Shown: one piece after another, positions 1 to 9,354 of the stretch
Position numbering within the stretch: position 1 is the stretch's first letter
Layout: every line of letters starts with the position of its first letter
NCBI GenBank assembly: GCA_964540835.1
Contig: CAZIOA010000001.1
Location: 1 to 42,951 of the forward strand
Reading direction: 5' to 3'
DNA from: an uncultured Candidatus Saccharibacteria bacterium
GTDB lineage: Bacteria > Patescibacteriota > Saccharimonadia > Saccharimonadales > Saccharimonadaceae
Length of the DNA: 42,951 nt
Notes under the pieces: model-generated
What the model saw: the letters and a program-made list of their open reading frames with translations, nothing else
Databases searched by the model: none
What the model was told of the DNA's origin: nothing
Position numbers and translations under genes: made by a program

Positions 1-1108
1 AGAAGCCTAGGTCGAGAGGATCAGCTAAGGTGAAATCTGGCACGACGTTTTCAGCGATGTCATCGACAACGGCTTGAGCTGGTGCAACAGGTGTCTTGTT
101 CCAATTAGGAACGACATCTTCAATGATCTGCTTCTGCACTTCTGCACGTCGAACAGGTTCTGGAACCGGTGGCGGTGGGGGTGGTGCGGGTTGATTGTAA
201 TGTGGGTCATTAGCCGGATTGTTCGGACCTGCAATTACGTCGAAGAACGCTTCTCCGATAGGAGGCACGACGTAACCAGCGGCTTCGATAGCCTTTGTGA
301 TCGCATCGCGATCACCTCCATAAATTTCATTGATCACACCGAATTTATCAACAAACGTCACGTGTGGTTCGCGCGGATCAGGAATACGGTGGTTCTGAGG
401 GATGGTCGAAACCATCGCTATAAGTGCGCCAATATCAAGACCCTGCGAACCGCCATTTGCCCAAAAATCGTTGATATCTAATCGATTAATCGTACCTGGT
501 AGCTGTGGTGTATCCAACGGTATGCCTACCATATCTTCCATGATTGGTTTCAATATAGGTTCAAACGTTCTCTTTAGCGGATGATTCAGGATGCCAGTGA
601 CACCATACCCATCACCATTGCGGACAACCTCTACGTTACCCGGTAGCGCGCCTCCGCTTTCGCGGGCAATCTGTGCGGCTGCGACGTTACAGACGGCTGA
701 GCCAAGCGAGAAGCAATCCAGGCGAACTTTCTCGTCAAACTTGTTTGCTCGCCAGGCGTCAACAACTTTCGGAGCGCCGTCAGCGATGGATTGATCCATT
801 CGGGCTGGACCCCCTATGCCAAATACTGCAATCGACGCTGGGTAGTGGATGCGCATGTTGTTGTCGTTCGGATCATAGCGTCCTTGCTGCATGGCAGCAT
901 CGACTGGCAGCTGGCTTGTCGGATCAGCATTACCGCCGACATAGATATTTGTCTCGTCGGCGTGTGCGGCGCCTACACCAAAAACTGCCGCGGTGCTCAC
1001 GCCTACGACAGCGACGGCTTTCGTACCCAGACTTTTTAGTTTCGAACTTTGTTTTTTCTCATTATGAGAAACTAAACCACCTTCAAAGGCCGCCTTTAAC
1101 CTGGCCAT
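1..1108 (-). CDS. Secreted serine hydrolase, PE-PPE/cutinase-like alpha/beta fold, with proline-rich region; C-terminus lies outside the window
   Basis: My own translation of the minus strand from the ATG at 1108-1106. The frame stays open to position 1, so it is absent from the ORF track (no stop in window). MARLKAAFEGG...KAVAVVGVSTAAVFGVGAAHA (signal-like), IYVGGNADPT, IHYPAS, RLDCFSLGSAV (nucleophile-elbow-like xSxG), then NQPAPPPPPPVPEP. Same architecture as the next two genes. Confidence 0.75.
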   Translation of the reverse strand, partial: MARLKAAFEGGLVSHNEKKQSSKLKSLGTKAVAVVGVSTAAVFGVGAAHADETNIYVGGNADPTSQLPVDAAMQQGRYDPNDNNMRIHYPASIAVFGIGGPARMDQSIADGAPKVVDAWRANKFDEKVRLDCFSLGSAVCNVAAAQIARESGGALPGNVEVVRNGDGYGVTGILNHPLKRTFEPILKPIMEDMVGIPLDTPQLPGTINRLDINDFWANGGSQGLDIGALIAMVSTIPQNHRIPDPREPHVTFVDKFGVINEIYGGDRDAITKAIEAAGYVVPPIGEAFFDVIAGPNNPANDPHYNQPAPPPPPPVPEPVRRAEVQKQIIEDVVPNWNKTPVAPAQAVVDDIAENVVPDFTLADPLDLGF

Positions 1109-1365
1109 ATGATAACCCCTATCTGCCCGCCCATTACAAGTTGTGCGGCGAGCGTATCGCACCGCTAGGCAAAAGTCAATGTGAAATATTTCACACTTTT
1201 TATAGGGGTAATTTACTCGGCTAACAGATTACGAGACGAAATAAAACGCATATGCTCATTTACCATCTCTCAACAGATAAGGAAATGTAATGAATGCAAC
1301 AATGTTTTATTGACAACAATGCACATAAATTGTGTGGATATATTGCTTATGTTTACTGTAGTGAC

Positions 1366-1394
1366 AAAATCCGACAGCGTTGCTGCCGGATTTT
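1366..1394 (-). terminator. Rho-independent terminator downstream of 1432..3216
   Basis: Minus strand reads AAAATCCGGCAGC-AAC-GCTGTCGGATTTTGT: a 13-bp stem (one G.T pair) running into a T-run. Confidence 0.7.
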
Positions 1395-1431
1395 GCATCG
1401 CTTTTAGCGAGATATCGCGTACACCGTGCGT

Positions 1432-3216
1432 CTAGCGTGCAGGCGCGAAGTTGCCCATGAAATCGTTTACCTGATCTACGATCTGATGCACAGGAGCTGG
1501 TGCTTCCGGTGGCGGAGGAGGAAGCTGGAATGCCGGTGCCGGTGGTGGCGGTGGTGGAGCAACTGGTGCAGGCGCAGGTGGCGCTACTTCTACGGGTGCT
1601 GGTGGTGGCGGTGGAGGCGGTGGAGCCACTTCCACGGGTGCAGACACTGCTGGTGCAGGTGGTAGCTCTACAGCAGGAAACGCTTCTTTTGCAACCTCTA
1701 CTGCTTTGTCGACAAGCTCTTTGACGGTAGGTTTGGCTGCTGGCACCTCAATGGGCACCTCTGGCGCTTGCGGTGGTGCTGGGACAAAATCCTCGACAGC
1801 ATCTTTCACTGCATTAACCGTGTCCTCGATGACTTCTTGAGGAGTAGGGAGCTCGGGAGTTTTAGCTTTTGGTGCCGCGGCAGCAGGGAGCGCATTTTTG
1901 AGCGCTTGAGGCACATCGAGTGGCGGCAGTACGTTCATATTTACCGTAGGAACTGACTCAGGCCGCAAGACAGAGTTTGGAATCTGCGCGATTTGATTCA
2001 GGTTGTGCTGCAACGAGTTCAAGCCATTTTGAATCGTCAACCCGGTATTGTGCAACGCTTGTCCAGGATTCATGATGGTGTTTTGTGTGCTGAAAAGCGC
2101 CTCGGCGACCATGTTTGGTACTTTGTTGACGAGTTCTAGCCCGAAGTCCACGAGAACACCAGGTACAAACCGAGTCATGACCCAGAAGAGATTTCCCGTG
2201 TTTAGCTGCTGATCCAGCGCGCGGGCAAACTCATCGACGGCGCACTGTCCGTTGACTTCAGGCAATCCGTCACGACCATTGTTGATCGGGAAGGCACAGT
2301 TCGCTGCTTTGTTCCAGTGGTCGTTGACATACATGCCGTTTGCCGCCGCTGCCTGTACGAGCGGATGAACGCCGACATCGTAGCGGAAGTGGATGACGCC
2401 ATACTCGTCCTGCCAAACCATATCCGGATTTCGGTCATGTACCGCATGAGCGGGGCTGGCACCTGTCGCGACGGCCTGCCACAAATTGCCGACCAAGTAT
2501 TGGTTCGCGCCGTTGCCCCAGATGTCGTTTTGCGACGAATGTTCATGTGAGCCTGGAGGAAGCATGGCGTTCATATCAACACCGGCAAGTGCCGCCCACG
2601 GCTCGCCAACCTTGCCCGGCAGACTGTTCCAAAAACCAGTCGAACTGGCTGGACCACCGTAGGAAACGACGAGTACATTTGGCGGTAGCACACCACCATG
2701 CTCACTGGCGATCATATGACCAGCGCGAGCGGCAGCGTCGGCTCCGAGCGAATGACCAACGATAAAGACTGGTTCGCCTCTACTGATTGCGCCACGTGAT
2801 GCTTCGACAGCTCTTACCGCTCCCTCCTCAGAGCATATCTTCATGCGGGCGACATCTGCGCAATACTCGATAGGTACGACGTTGTCTCCGGGACGAATCC
2901 AGCCTTCATGGTGCAGCTGGCCGATTGTACCGCTTGCATTCCAATCACCAAAACCACCTATCACATATTTGTTGACGGCGGAAAGATCAATCTCGTACGA
3001 TTTTGCCACCTCTTGCACGCTTGTTTGCGGTTCGCTCTCAGACGACGCCAGCATGCCGACGCCAGCCGTGACGACTATAGGCGCTACAGCAAGAGCCCCT
3101 AAGCTCCTGAGTGTATCGAGTTTGCTTCTCGGTTCTTTGTCATGGTTAGTAGAAAAACTTTCAAGCCCTCGTATAGTCAGCGCTTGCTCCCCTGAGGCAG
3201 ACCTTTTTTTACCCAT
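1432..3216 (-). CDS. Secreted or anchored lipase/esterase-like alpha/beta hydrolase with poly-proline C-terminal tail
   Basis: 594-aa ORF. N-terminal hydrophobic anchor (LGALAVAPIVVTAGVGMLA), classic nucleophile elbow VGHSLGA, and a tail of about 130 aa rich in PPPPPPPP/APAPV repeats. Block LDQQLNTGNLF is shared with 3369..5885. Confidence 0.85.
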   Translation of the reverse strand: MGKKRSASGEQALTIRGLESFSTNHDKEPRSKLDTLRSLGALAVAPIVVTAGVGMLASSESEPQTSVQEVAKSYEIDLSAVNKYVIGGFGDWNASGTIGQLHHEGWIRPGDNVVPIEYCADVARMKICSEEGAVRAVEASRGAISRGEPVFIVGHSLGADAAARAGHMIASEHGGVLPPNVLVVSYGGPASSTGFWNSLPGKVGEPWAALAGVDMNAMLPPGSHEHSSQNDIWGNGANQYLVGNLWQAVATGASPAHAVHDRNPDMVWQDEYGVIHFRYDVGVHPLVQAAAANGMYVNDHWNKAANCAFPINNGRDGLPEVNGQCAVDEFARALDQQLNTGNLFWVMTRFVPGVLVDFGLELVNKVPNMVAEALFSTQNTIMNPGQALHNTGLTIQNGLNSLQHNLNQIAQIPNSVLRPESVPTVNMNVLPPLDVPQALKNALPAAAAPKAKTPELPTPQEVIEDTVNAVKDAVEDFVPAPPQAPEVPIEVPAAKPTVKELVDKAVEVAKEAFPAVELPPAPAVSAPVEVAPPPPPPPPAPVEVAPPAPAPVAPPPPPPAPAFQLPPPPPEAPAPVHQIVDQVNDFMGNFAPAR

Positions 3217-3322
3217 AGTCTCCCGTATCCCCCTTTTATTGGTTATGGTAGAAGACTATTATGGTTTTACAACAATGTCAATATTAGAACGTTGTAAAAA
3301 CATGTGTTTGCTGTCACATATT

Positions 3323-3350
3323 AAAAACCCACTCTGTCAAAGTGGGTTTT
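3323..3350 (-). terminator. Rho-independent terminator downstream of 3369..5885
   Basis: Minus strand reads AAAACCCACT-ttgacag-AGTGGGTTTTTAAT: a 10-bp stem plus T-run. Confidence 0.7.
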
Positions 3351-3368
3351 CGGCTGTGGAAAACTCCT

Positions 3369-5885
3369 TTAGTTAAATAGGTCGAAACCGACAGCAGGCG
3401 CAGATGGAGCGCTCACGGCAGGTGCCGATGGTTTCGGCACTGGAATATCAAACTTCGGGAGGGACGGTGCAGGTAGTGAATGTGCCGGACTTGGGGTGAA
3501 TTGCTTGACTATAGAAGGGAGTTTGAACGATGGAAATGCTGGCGCGGGTGCTGGCGGTGGCGCGGGTGCTGGCGGCAGCTCTACGACTGGCGGCTTTGGC
3601 GGTGGAGCGACGCGCACAGGAGCAGGCGCTGGCGCGGGTGGTATATATACCGGCTTGGGCGTTTCTAAGCGAGGCGGCTTCGGAGTATCTGCAACGACAG
3701 GCTTTGGCTGCTGTACCGGTTTAGGTGACGGAACTTCATAGGCTGGCGCATCGATGACACGTGGCGGAGTTGGGTCCGGGATCGAATGCACGGGCGGAGG
3801 AGTGATGGCAATCCTATGCTCCACGATGTCGTTGAGCGACTGGCGAGCAGGCTCCGCAGGGGATTTAGGAGCATCCACAGGGGGAGGTGTTTCTACTCGT
3901 ACATGCGTCGGAACGCTATTTGGCTGATCGTCAAGGATATCACTCGCCAGCTGGCCTAGCGATGCCAGTGAGTGTTGAGTAGTTTGTTGTGCCGGGTGAG
4001 GAGCAGTTTGTCGCGAGGCATTGGCAGACGCTAACTCTTGAGCAGTCATGGCGGCATATTGGATGAACTGATCGGCAATCATATTGAGCTCACGACCGAA
4101 GTCCATGCCAGTGTACTGTTTGATCTGGTCTCTCGCCGTGTTGACAACGAAGTTCTTGCCGTCACCAAGTGCGTTTTCGATGACGTGATCGACTTCGCCC
4201 ATGAGTTTGTTGATTTCGCCCATAACAGTGCTAAATGCACGTTGAGCGGCATTAAACTTCGTCAATGGGTCGACATTTGGATCATTGATAATCGCAGCGG
4301 CTTCACCGACAGCGCCTGCCATATGGTTAAAGCCATTCCAGCTATCATCCATCAGCTGCTTCCACGGCTCGGGCATATTCGCTACCAATGTCTGGAAGAA
4401 ATTGCCGGTACCAAACTGCGCGTCAAGTGCCTTGGCTCCATAATGTAGCGCTTCACGAACATTTGCTTCCGGTGGCGGTGCGTTCGGATCGTCATTGCGC
4501 GGAAAGAGGGCACGGAGCGCTCGATTAGCACTCTCGGTGTCCATGATCCTGATACCAGCCCTTTCAAGCGCATCAACGACCCATTCGTTTTCGCGGTGAG
4601 CAACCCAGTGCTCGATGCCGTTCGCATCCTTAAACATCGTCCATGTCACGCTCGGATCATTGCGATCAGGCACCTCATGAGTGCCGTGAGGAATACCGGC
4701 GATGCTATACATGAGGGAAGTAAAGCTTTCGTTGCCACCACTGGCATATGGGTCACGATCATTGTAGAACATGCGTATCTTCGCGCCAGGAGGAAATGCT
4801 TGCTCACCACCCGTGTCGCGGAGACCGATTAACCCCGTGCCGAGTTTGCCCCAAGGACTCTTATCTATACCCTCGGCTCCTTGCGGCCCACCGATCATAT
4901 CGATCGTCAGGTCGCCTGGCCACTTGTTGCCATTTTGCCGATATACGTCCCAGGCAAAATCCTGCCCGGCATACGTACCGAATGAATAATAGATGAAGTG
5001 CGCGTGTTCGCCGCGCGACTGGGATTCCTGGTATCTTGCCATGGAGACTGCCGAGCCCTCTTCAATCGACGTTTCTGGTGATCTAAAGGGGTTACCGATA
5101 CCCATATCGGCAGACCAAGTCATACCTTCGTCACGATTACCAGGAGCGTAACCTTTGGCGTCAAACTCCGGCATAGGAGCCATGACCTGGGTATTGCCAC
5201 CCATACCGTAAGACCTGGTCGTCACCACTGCGTGCTCTATCGTGCCCACTGAAGACGCGTATGAGACGGCAGCATTTTTCGCTTCGCGATCTGGCTTGTC
5301 GGCATGTACGCCACCAAAGAGTACTACGCCAAGCGCCGTGCCACCAGCAAGCACGGTCGCCATGGCTTTTGGCGCTGCGTCAGACGCCAACTCCTGTAAA
5401 CGAGCGGCGGAGCGACTAAGCGCCTTTTTCGTCCTCGTCGACAGTGGATCTTCATCGTTGATTTTAGTCTTTTCGCGTCTCTCCATGCGCGCCTGCAGCA
5501 CAAGTGTTCGCTCCTCTATAGTGTGCTCGCGATGATTCTGCCATTTATTTTGTGCAAAAGTGTAGGCATTTTCGGCCGCCACCACGAGGTTGCCACGAAC
5601 CTGTACGGCTTTTTCTCGAACATGTGTCAGCGATTCAGCGACACCCGCCGCGACCGCGTGCCGATAGTCGACCGGCTCATCCGAGTTTTTATCGAAGTCA
5701 AATAAATTTTCTTCGACCTCCTCACCGCGAAGGTATTTATAGATAGATTCGAGAAACAAGTCACTACCGAGGTCATCCAGCCCCTCTTCCGAAGCGAGAT
5801 ATTGCTCCATTTCTCGATCATGAGTAGCCAAGGCATCTAACGATACTTCAACCTCTGTCTCAGTTGTTACTAAACCTCGACTCAT
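3369..5885 (-). CDS. Membrane-anchored paralog of the poly-proline-tailed hydrolase family (possibly degenerate nucleophile)
   Basis: 838-aa ORF. Charged N-terminal region of about 170 aa, one TM (AMATVLAGGTALGVVLFGGV), core with YYSFGT elbow-like motif and LDAQFGTGNFF block homologous to 1432..3216, and a Pro-rich tail of about 200 aa (PAPAPAPV, PPAPAPPPAPAPAF). Confidence 0.8.
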   Translation of the reverse strand: MSRGLVTTETEVEVSLDALATHDREMEQYLASEEGLDDLGSDLFLESIYKYLRGEEVEENLFDFDKNSDEPVDYRHAVAAGVAESLTHVREKAVQVRGNLVVAAENAYTFAQNKWQNHREHTIEERTLVLQARMERREKTKINDEDPLSTRTKKALSRSAARLQELASDAAPKAMATVLAGGTALGVVLFGGVHADKPDREAKNAAVSYASSVGTIEHAVVTTRSYGMGGNTQVMAPMPEFDAKGYAPGNRDEGMTWSADMGIGNPFRSPETSIEEGSAVSMARYQESQSRGEHAHFIYYSFGTYAGQDFAWDVYRQNGNKWPGDLTIDMIGGPQGAEGIDKSPWGKLGTGLIGLRDTGGEQAFPPGAKIRMFYNDRDPYASGGNESFTSLMYSIAGIPHGTHEVPDRNDPSVTWTMFKDANGIEHWVAHRENEWVVDALERAGIRIMDTESANRALRALFPRNDDPNAPPPEANVREALHYGAKALDAQFGTGNFFQTLVANMPEPWKQLMDDSWNGFNHMAGAVGEAAAIINDPNVDPLTKFNAAQRAFSTVMGEINKLMGEVDHVIENALGDGKNFVVNTARDQIKQYTGMDFGRELNMIADQFIQYAAMTAQELASANASRQTAPHPAQQTTQHSLASLGQLASDILDDQPNSVPTHVRVETPPPVDAPKSPAEPARQSLNDIVEHRIAITPPPVHSIPDPTPPRVIDAPAYEVPSPKPVQQPKPVVADTPKPPRLETPKPVYIPPAPAPAPVRVAPPPKPPVVELPPAPAPPPAPAPAFPSFKLPSIVKQFTPSPAHSLPAPSLPKFDIPVPKPSAPAVSAPSAPAVGFDLFN

Positions 5886-5960
5886 AAACAGTATTCATAT
5901 TAGCATGTATTTTGACTTTTGTCAATTTTAGTGCAAAGCATTTACGGTATAATGATACAG

Positions 5961-7265
5961 ATGACAAAAAAGAAGCTCCCAGAGGTGACACTTACGCTTG
6001 ACCGTATCATCGGCGGCGGGCAGTGTATCGGCGATTTGGAAAATGGCAAAAAATGTCTCGTATGGGGCGGTCTGCCTGGTGAAGAAGTGCGCGTGCAGCT
6101 GACGAAAAAGAAGTCGTCGTACGTCGAAGGGTACGTAACAGAGGTGATGAGGCCATCATCCGAGCGTATATCGCCACGCGACCCAGATGGCTACCTCAGT
6201 ACCAGCCCATGGCAGATCATGCAATTCGAGGCCGAAGCGCACTACAAATCAGCATTGATCGAAGAAGCGTTTGAACTGCATGACATGGTCCTACCGCAAC
6301 CGATCACTGTCTGGAGCGACGAGGTAGAGTACGGCTACCGCAACAAGGTAGAGTACAGTTTTTGGTACGACACCGAGAAAGAAACGTTGGATCTGGCGTT
6401 TTTCCGCCGCGGCACACATGGTAAAATCGCCGTCGACGGTACAAGCCTCGCAACCCCTGTCATTAACAGGGTAGCCCACGATGTACTCGCCGAACTACGC
6501 AAGCTTAAGGTCGATGGCCGAAGTTTGAAAACCCTTCTCATCCGAAGCAATCGCGCTGGAGAAGTCACCTGGCAGCTCTACGTCAAAGATGAGGATTTCG
6601 ACGCTGAAGCGGTACTCGCAAGTACCATCTCGCCAGAGGTGATTTGCGCCGAAGTAATCTACTCGAACCCCAAATCGCCAGCCAGCGTCATCACCAAGCG
6701 GCTCGGCGCGACCAGCGATAACATCCTGACCGACACCATTTTGGACGTACCATTCCGCTACGCAACCGAAGGATTCTTCCAAATCAATCTACCAGTTTAC
6801 GAGCAAGCCCTGACAGATATGAAAACATGGATTGAACCAAACAAACCAGTTGTTGATTTATACAGTGGTGTCGGAACGATTGGCCTCACCATCGGTGGAA
6901 CTGATGTGGCACTTATAGAGATGAACGAACATGCCGTCCGCGAAATGGAGCGAAATATCGTAGCACTCGGCAGGGTAGCTGAGGCAAGACCGATTCTGGC
7001 TGCCAGCGAGAATGCACTTGACCACATCACTGGCGAGGCAACAGTCATCGTCGATCCGCCGCGCGCCGGGTTGCACGAAAAGGTCGTCGCGAAACTACTT
7101 GAAACTGCACCTCAGCGCATCATCTACCTTAGTTGTAATCCTGTCACCCAGGCCCGCGATGTCGCCAGACTAGCCGAAAAGTACGGCATCCGCCACCATA
7201 TGGGCTACAATTTCTTCCCCCGAACACCCCATATCGAACACCTCGTTATCCTTGACAAGTTCTAA
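5961..7265 (+). CDS. RNA (uracil-5)-methyltransferase, RlmD/RumA/TrmA family
   Basis: TRAM-like N-terminus plus class I SAM methyltransferase motifs VDLYSGVGTIGL, VIVDPPRAGL, YLSCNP. The ORF track starts at 5919, but TATAAT at 5947-5952 makes the in-frame ATG at 5961 (MTKKKLPEV) the likelier start. Confidence 0.85.
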   Translation: MTKKKLPEVTLTLDRIIGGGQCIGDLENGKKCLVWGGLPGEEVRVQLTKKKSSYVEGYVTEVMRPSSERISPRDPDGYLSTSPWQIMQFEAEAHYKSALIEEAFELHDMVLPQPITVWSDEVEYGYRNKVEYSFWYDTEKETLDLAFFRRGTHGKIAVDGTSLATPVINRVAHDVLAELRKLKVDGRSLKTLLIRSNRAGEVTWQLYVKDEDFDAEAVLASTISPEVICAEVIYSNPKSPASVITKRLGATSDNILTDTILDVPFRYATEGFFQINLPVYEQALTDMKTWIEPNKPVVDLYSGVGTIGLTIGGTDVALIEMNEHAVREMERNIVALGRVAEARPILAASENALDHITGEATVIVDPPRAGLHEKVVAKLLETAPQRIIYLSCNPVTQARDVARLAEKYGIRHHMGYNFFPRTPHIEHLVILDKF

Positions 7266-7314
7266 AAATACTTCATAATTCATCCCGTTCACACCCTTCG
7301 ACATAGGAGTTTAC

Positions 7315-7761
7315 GTGAAGTTCCATGAAACTGTCATGATTGGGGCCATGCTAACCTTTAAGTCCATGCAGGCATCACTCCAGACCGCCGAACTGCTGAT
7401 AAGCGCACCCTATATCTCGCGAGAGACAAAAGTTCGCGCCGACCAGTTCGTGCAGCACTGTGTCAATCAGATGCAACCGTTTACACAGGCGCTCATCGCC
7501 AGTGAGCCGCGACAGCTTGATGGCAACCTGGAGCTGTTGCTATATAAGCAGGACATTCCAGGCTATCGCGCCACGCAAGAGCGCCTATGCAATGTCAAGG
7601 CAGAGGTTAGTATGCTCAAGGACCTCCACGACGACATGAAGCAGAGTGGCCATCAACTGAGAGCCCAAGTCCTCAGTTTGCCGCTTTTGCTCGGCAAGCT
7701 CCAGATGTGGGCCGTACAGCGCCAGCTCACCAAGATCTACGCCGGCGCAACTCTGTCGTAG
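7315..7761 (+). CDS. Hypothetical protein (148 aa)
   Basis: GTG start preceded by AGGAG about 7 nt upstream. No motif recognised. Confidence 0.5.
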   Translation: MKFHETVMIGAMLTFKSMQASLQTAELLISAPYISRETKVRADQFVQHCVNQMQPFTQALIASEPRQLDGNLELLLYKQDIPGYRATQERLCNVKAEVSMLKDLHDDMKQSGHQLRAQVLSLPLLLGKLQMWAVQRQLTKIYAGATLS

Positions 7762-7854
7762 GGTGACACACCCGCCGCTCAATCTCGCCCGCGAATATCC
7801 GCAGGCTCGAGAATGAGTCGGCGGGTATTTGCTTTTACGAGGTGTCCAGGAGCC

Positions 7855-8343
7855 TCATGAGGTCTTGATACGACGATACGCGAACTTGACGGACATGCGC
7901 CAGTTGCCACGCGCGTCCGTGTCAAACTGACGAATTTCGCCGTCAGGAATCTCACTTATCAACACCAGTCCGGGATTATACGGTGCAAGCGTACGGTAAT
8001 AGACAAGGTCCTCAGGCAAGATATGACTCCGACCAGGGAATACGTTTCTGACATGCTCGCGGCCGATATCATCGAAGTAATGTGGCTGGCCTTTCGGTGG
8101 AACATACAGCTCAGCCTTGAGCCCCATGCGAGCGATGAACTTTTTGATATCGCCAAGCGTCAGGTTAGATTGCGCGGTGATGTATGTAAACAATTGCTTC
8201 TTCGAAGTCAGAAAAACAGTCGCCACGGCAGTACGACTCACGGGCACCTGTCGAACGATGACACTATCGATCTCTAGAGCTAGCCCGAATTTCTGCTTGA
8301 CTGTCCGCTCAAGATCAAAATCATCGAAAATTTCATCACTCAT
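7855..8343 (-). CDS. Hypothetical protein (162 aa)
   Basis: The ORF track extends to 8673, but that part is antisense to the patatin gene. The internal ATG at 8343 (MSDEIFDDFDLER) has a TATACT box 10 nt upstream. No motif recognised. Confidence 0.55.
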   Translation of the reverse strand: MSDEIFDDFDLERTVKQKFGLALEIDSVIVRQVPVSRTAVATVFLTSKKQLFTYITAQSNLTLGDIKKFIARMGLKAELYVPPKGQPHYFDDIGREHVRNVFPGRSHILPEDLVYYRTLAPYNPGLVLISEIPDGEIRQFDTDARGNWRMSVKFAYRRIKTS

Positions 8344-8479
8344 AATTAGGTGAAGTATAGCATATAATAGACAATCCTTATTGTTTATGCCGTAATAATA
8401 CCTCGTGTTTGCTAAAATTTCGCTTTGTACTATAGTGTTACCAATATTCATGTAAATCCGGGTGGTTGCTGGAGGTAAT

Positions 8480-9331
8480 ATGGCAGGTCTTGAAACCAAC
8501 AAACACAATACGCTTTCAACCGTACTTGGAGCAGGCGGTCCATTTGCTATCGCATACAACTCTGGTATATGCATGGGGTTAGGCGAGAGGGGAATCAATC
8601 TCCGCGAAGATGATGGACCTATAATCGGCACCTCCGGCGGGGCTTGGACGGCTGGTTTCATCGTTACCGACAAAACAGAAGAAGAAGTCGAGGCAATCCC
8701 TCCTGTCGAGTTCCCAAATCGTGAAGAAGACTACCTGCTGGATATGGGCGAGAAGGTCTTTGGTGACGCGCGCTCTGCTCGTATAGGGAGCGTCGTCCTG
8801 CGACTACCGTCAGTCAGAAGACTCCTCCCAGGCAGAGAGGTGCTTTGGGATGAGAATATCACTATCGGGCAGAAGGCGGCGGCTACCTCTGCCATTCCAG
8901 TCGCATATCGTAACGTCAAACTACGGGGCAATCGATATATAGACGGCGGCTCAACCCTGTCGTTTACCCATGCCGACCTGGCACCAGCAGCAGATCATCT
9001 ACTTGTCGTTGCTGCTCTCGCTCGACACTCCAAGTTATCTCTGGGACCGCTCAAGGATCCTTCTCTCGTAGGTCGCCAGTTAGAGCTCAGAACCAAGTAT
9101 GAAGCTCGACGGTGGGAGAAGAAGTATCAAGGACAAACCGATATCATCATGCCAACTCCTGAAATAGGCGGGCTTGTCGAACGTTTCTCCGATCTATTCG
9201 TCAAGAAAATCGCTCGACGGGCATATGACATGGCTATCGAGCAAGCACATCAAGCGGTAGAAGAGCGCCCAAGCCTGGCTGCACTTGCCGAAAAAATGAC
9301 TCAAAAAGCCGCACAGGCCCAACAGACGTAA
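8480..9331 (+). CDS. Patatin-like phospholipase
   Basis: Oxyanion-type GAGGPFAIAY, nucleophile GTSGG (GxSxG) and catalytic-Asp motif IDGG. ATG at 8480 lies 5 nt after GGAGG (ORF track GTG at 8462). Confidence 0.8.
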   Translation: MAGLETNKHNTLSTVLGAGGPFAIAYNSGICMGLGERGINLREDDGPIIGTSGGAWTAGFIVTDKTEEEVEAIPPVEFPNREEDYLLDMGEKVFGDARSARIGSVVLRLPSVRRLLPGREVLWDENITIGQKAAATSAIPVAYRNVKLRGNRYIDGGSTLSFTHADLAPAADHLLVVAALARHSKLSLGPLKDPSLVGRQLELRTKYEARRWEKKYQGQTDIIMPTPEIGGLVERFSDLFVKKIARRAYDMAIEQAHQAVEERPSLAALAEKMTQKAAQAQQT

Positions 9332-9354
9332 CAACTGCGTTATAATATCCAGTA

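Noticed and set aside
1333-1341. TGTGGATAT, an 8-of-9 match to a DnaA box, in the 1109-1431 spacer
   Set aside because: It is a single degenerate box with no cluster, no AT-rich unwinding element and no dnaA/dnaN nearby, so it is not an origin.
1426-3741. Gly/Trp/Arg-rich plus-strand ORFs (1426..1665, 1500..1724, 3480..3741)
   Set aside because: They are reverse-complement readings of the poly-proline tails (CCN repeats read as GGN/TGG/CGG), not independent genes.
8344-8673. N-terminal extensions offered by the ORF track (7855..8673, 24998..26494, 5919, 13235, 15958, 27858, 30347, 39512, 41953)
   Set aside because: The extra codons overlap a convergent or divergent real gene, overlap a promoter -10 box, or are low-complexity leader sequence. 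Internal starts with an SD or a leaderless-type -10 box fit better.
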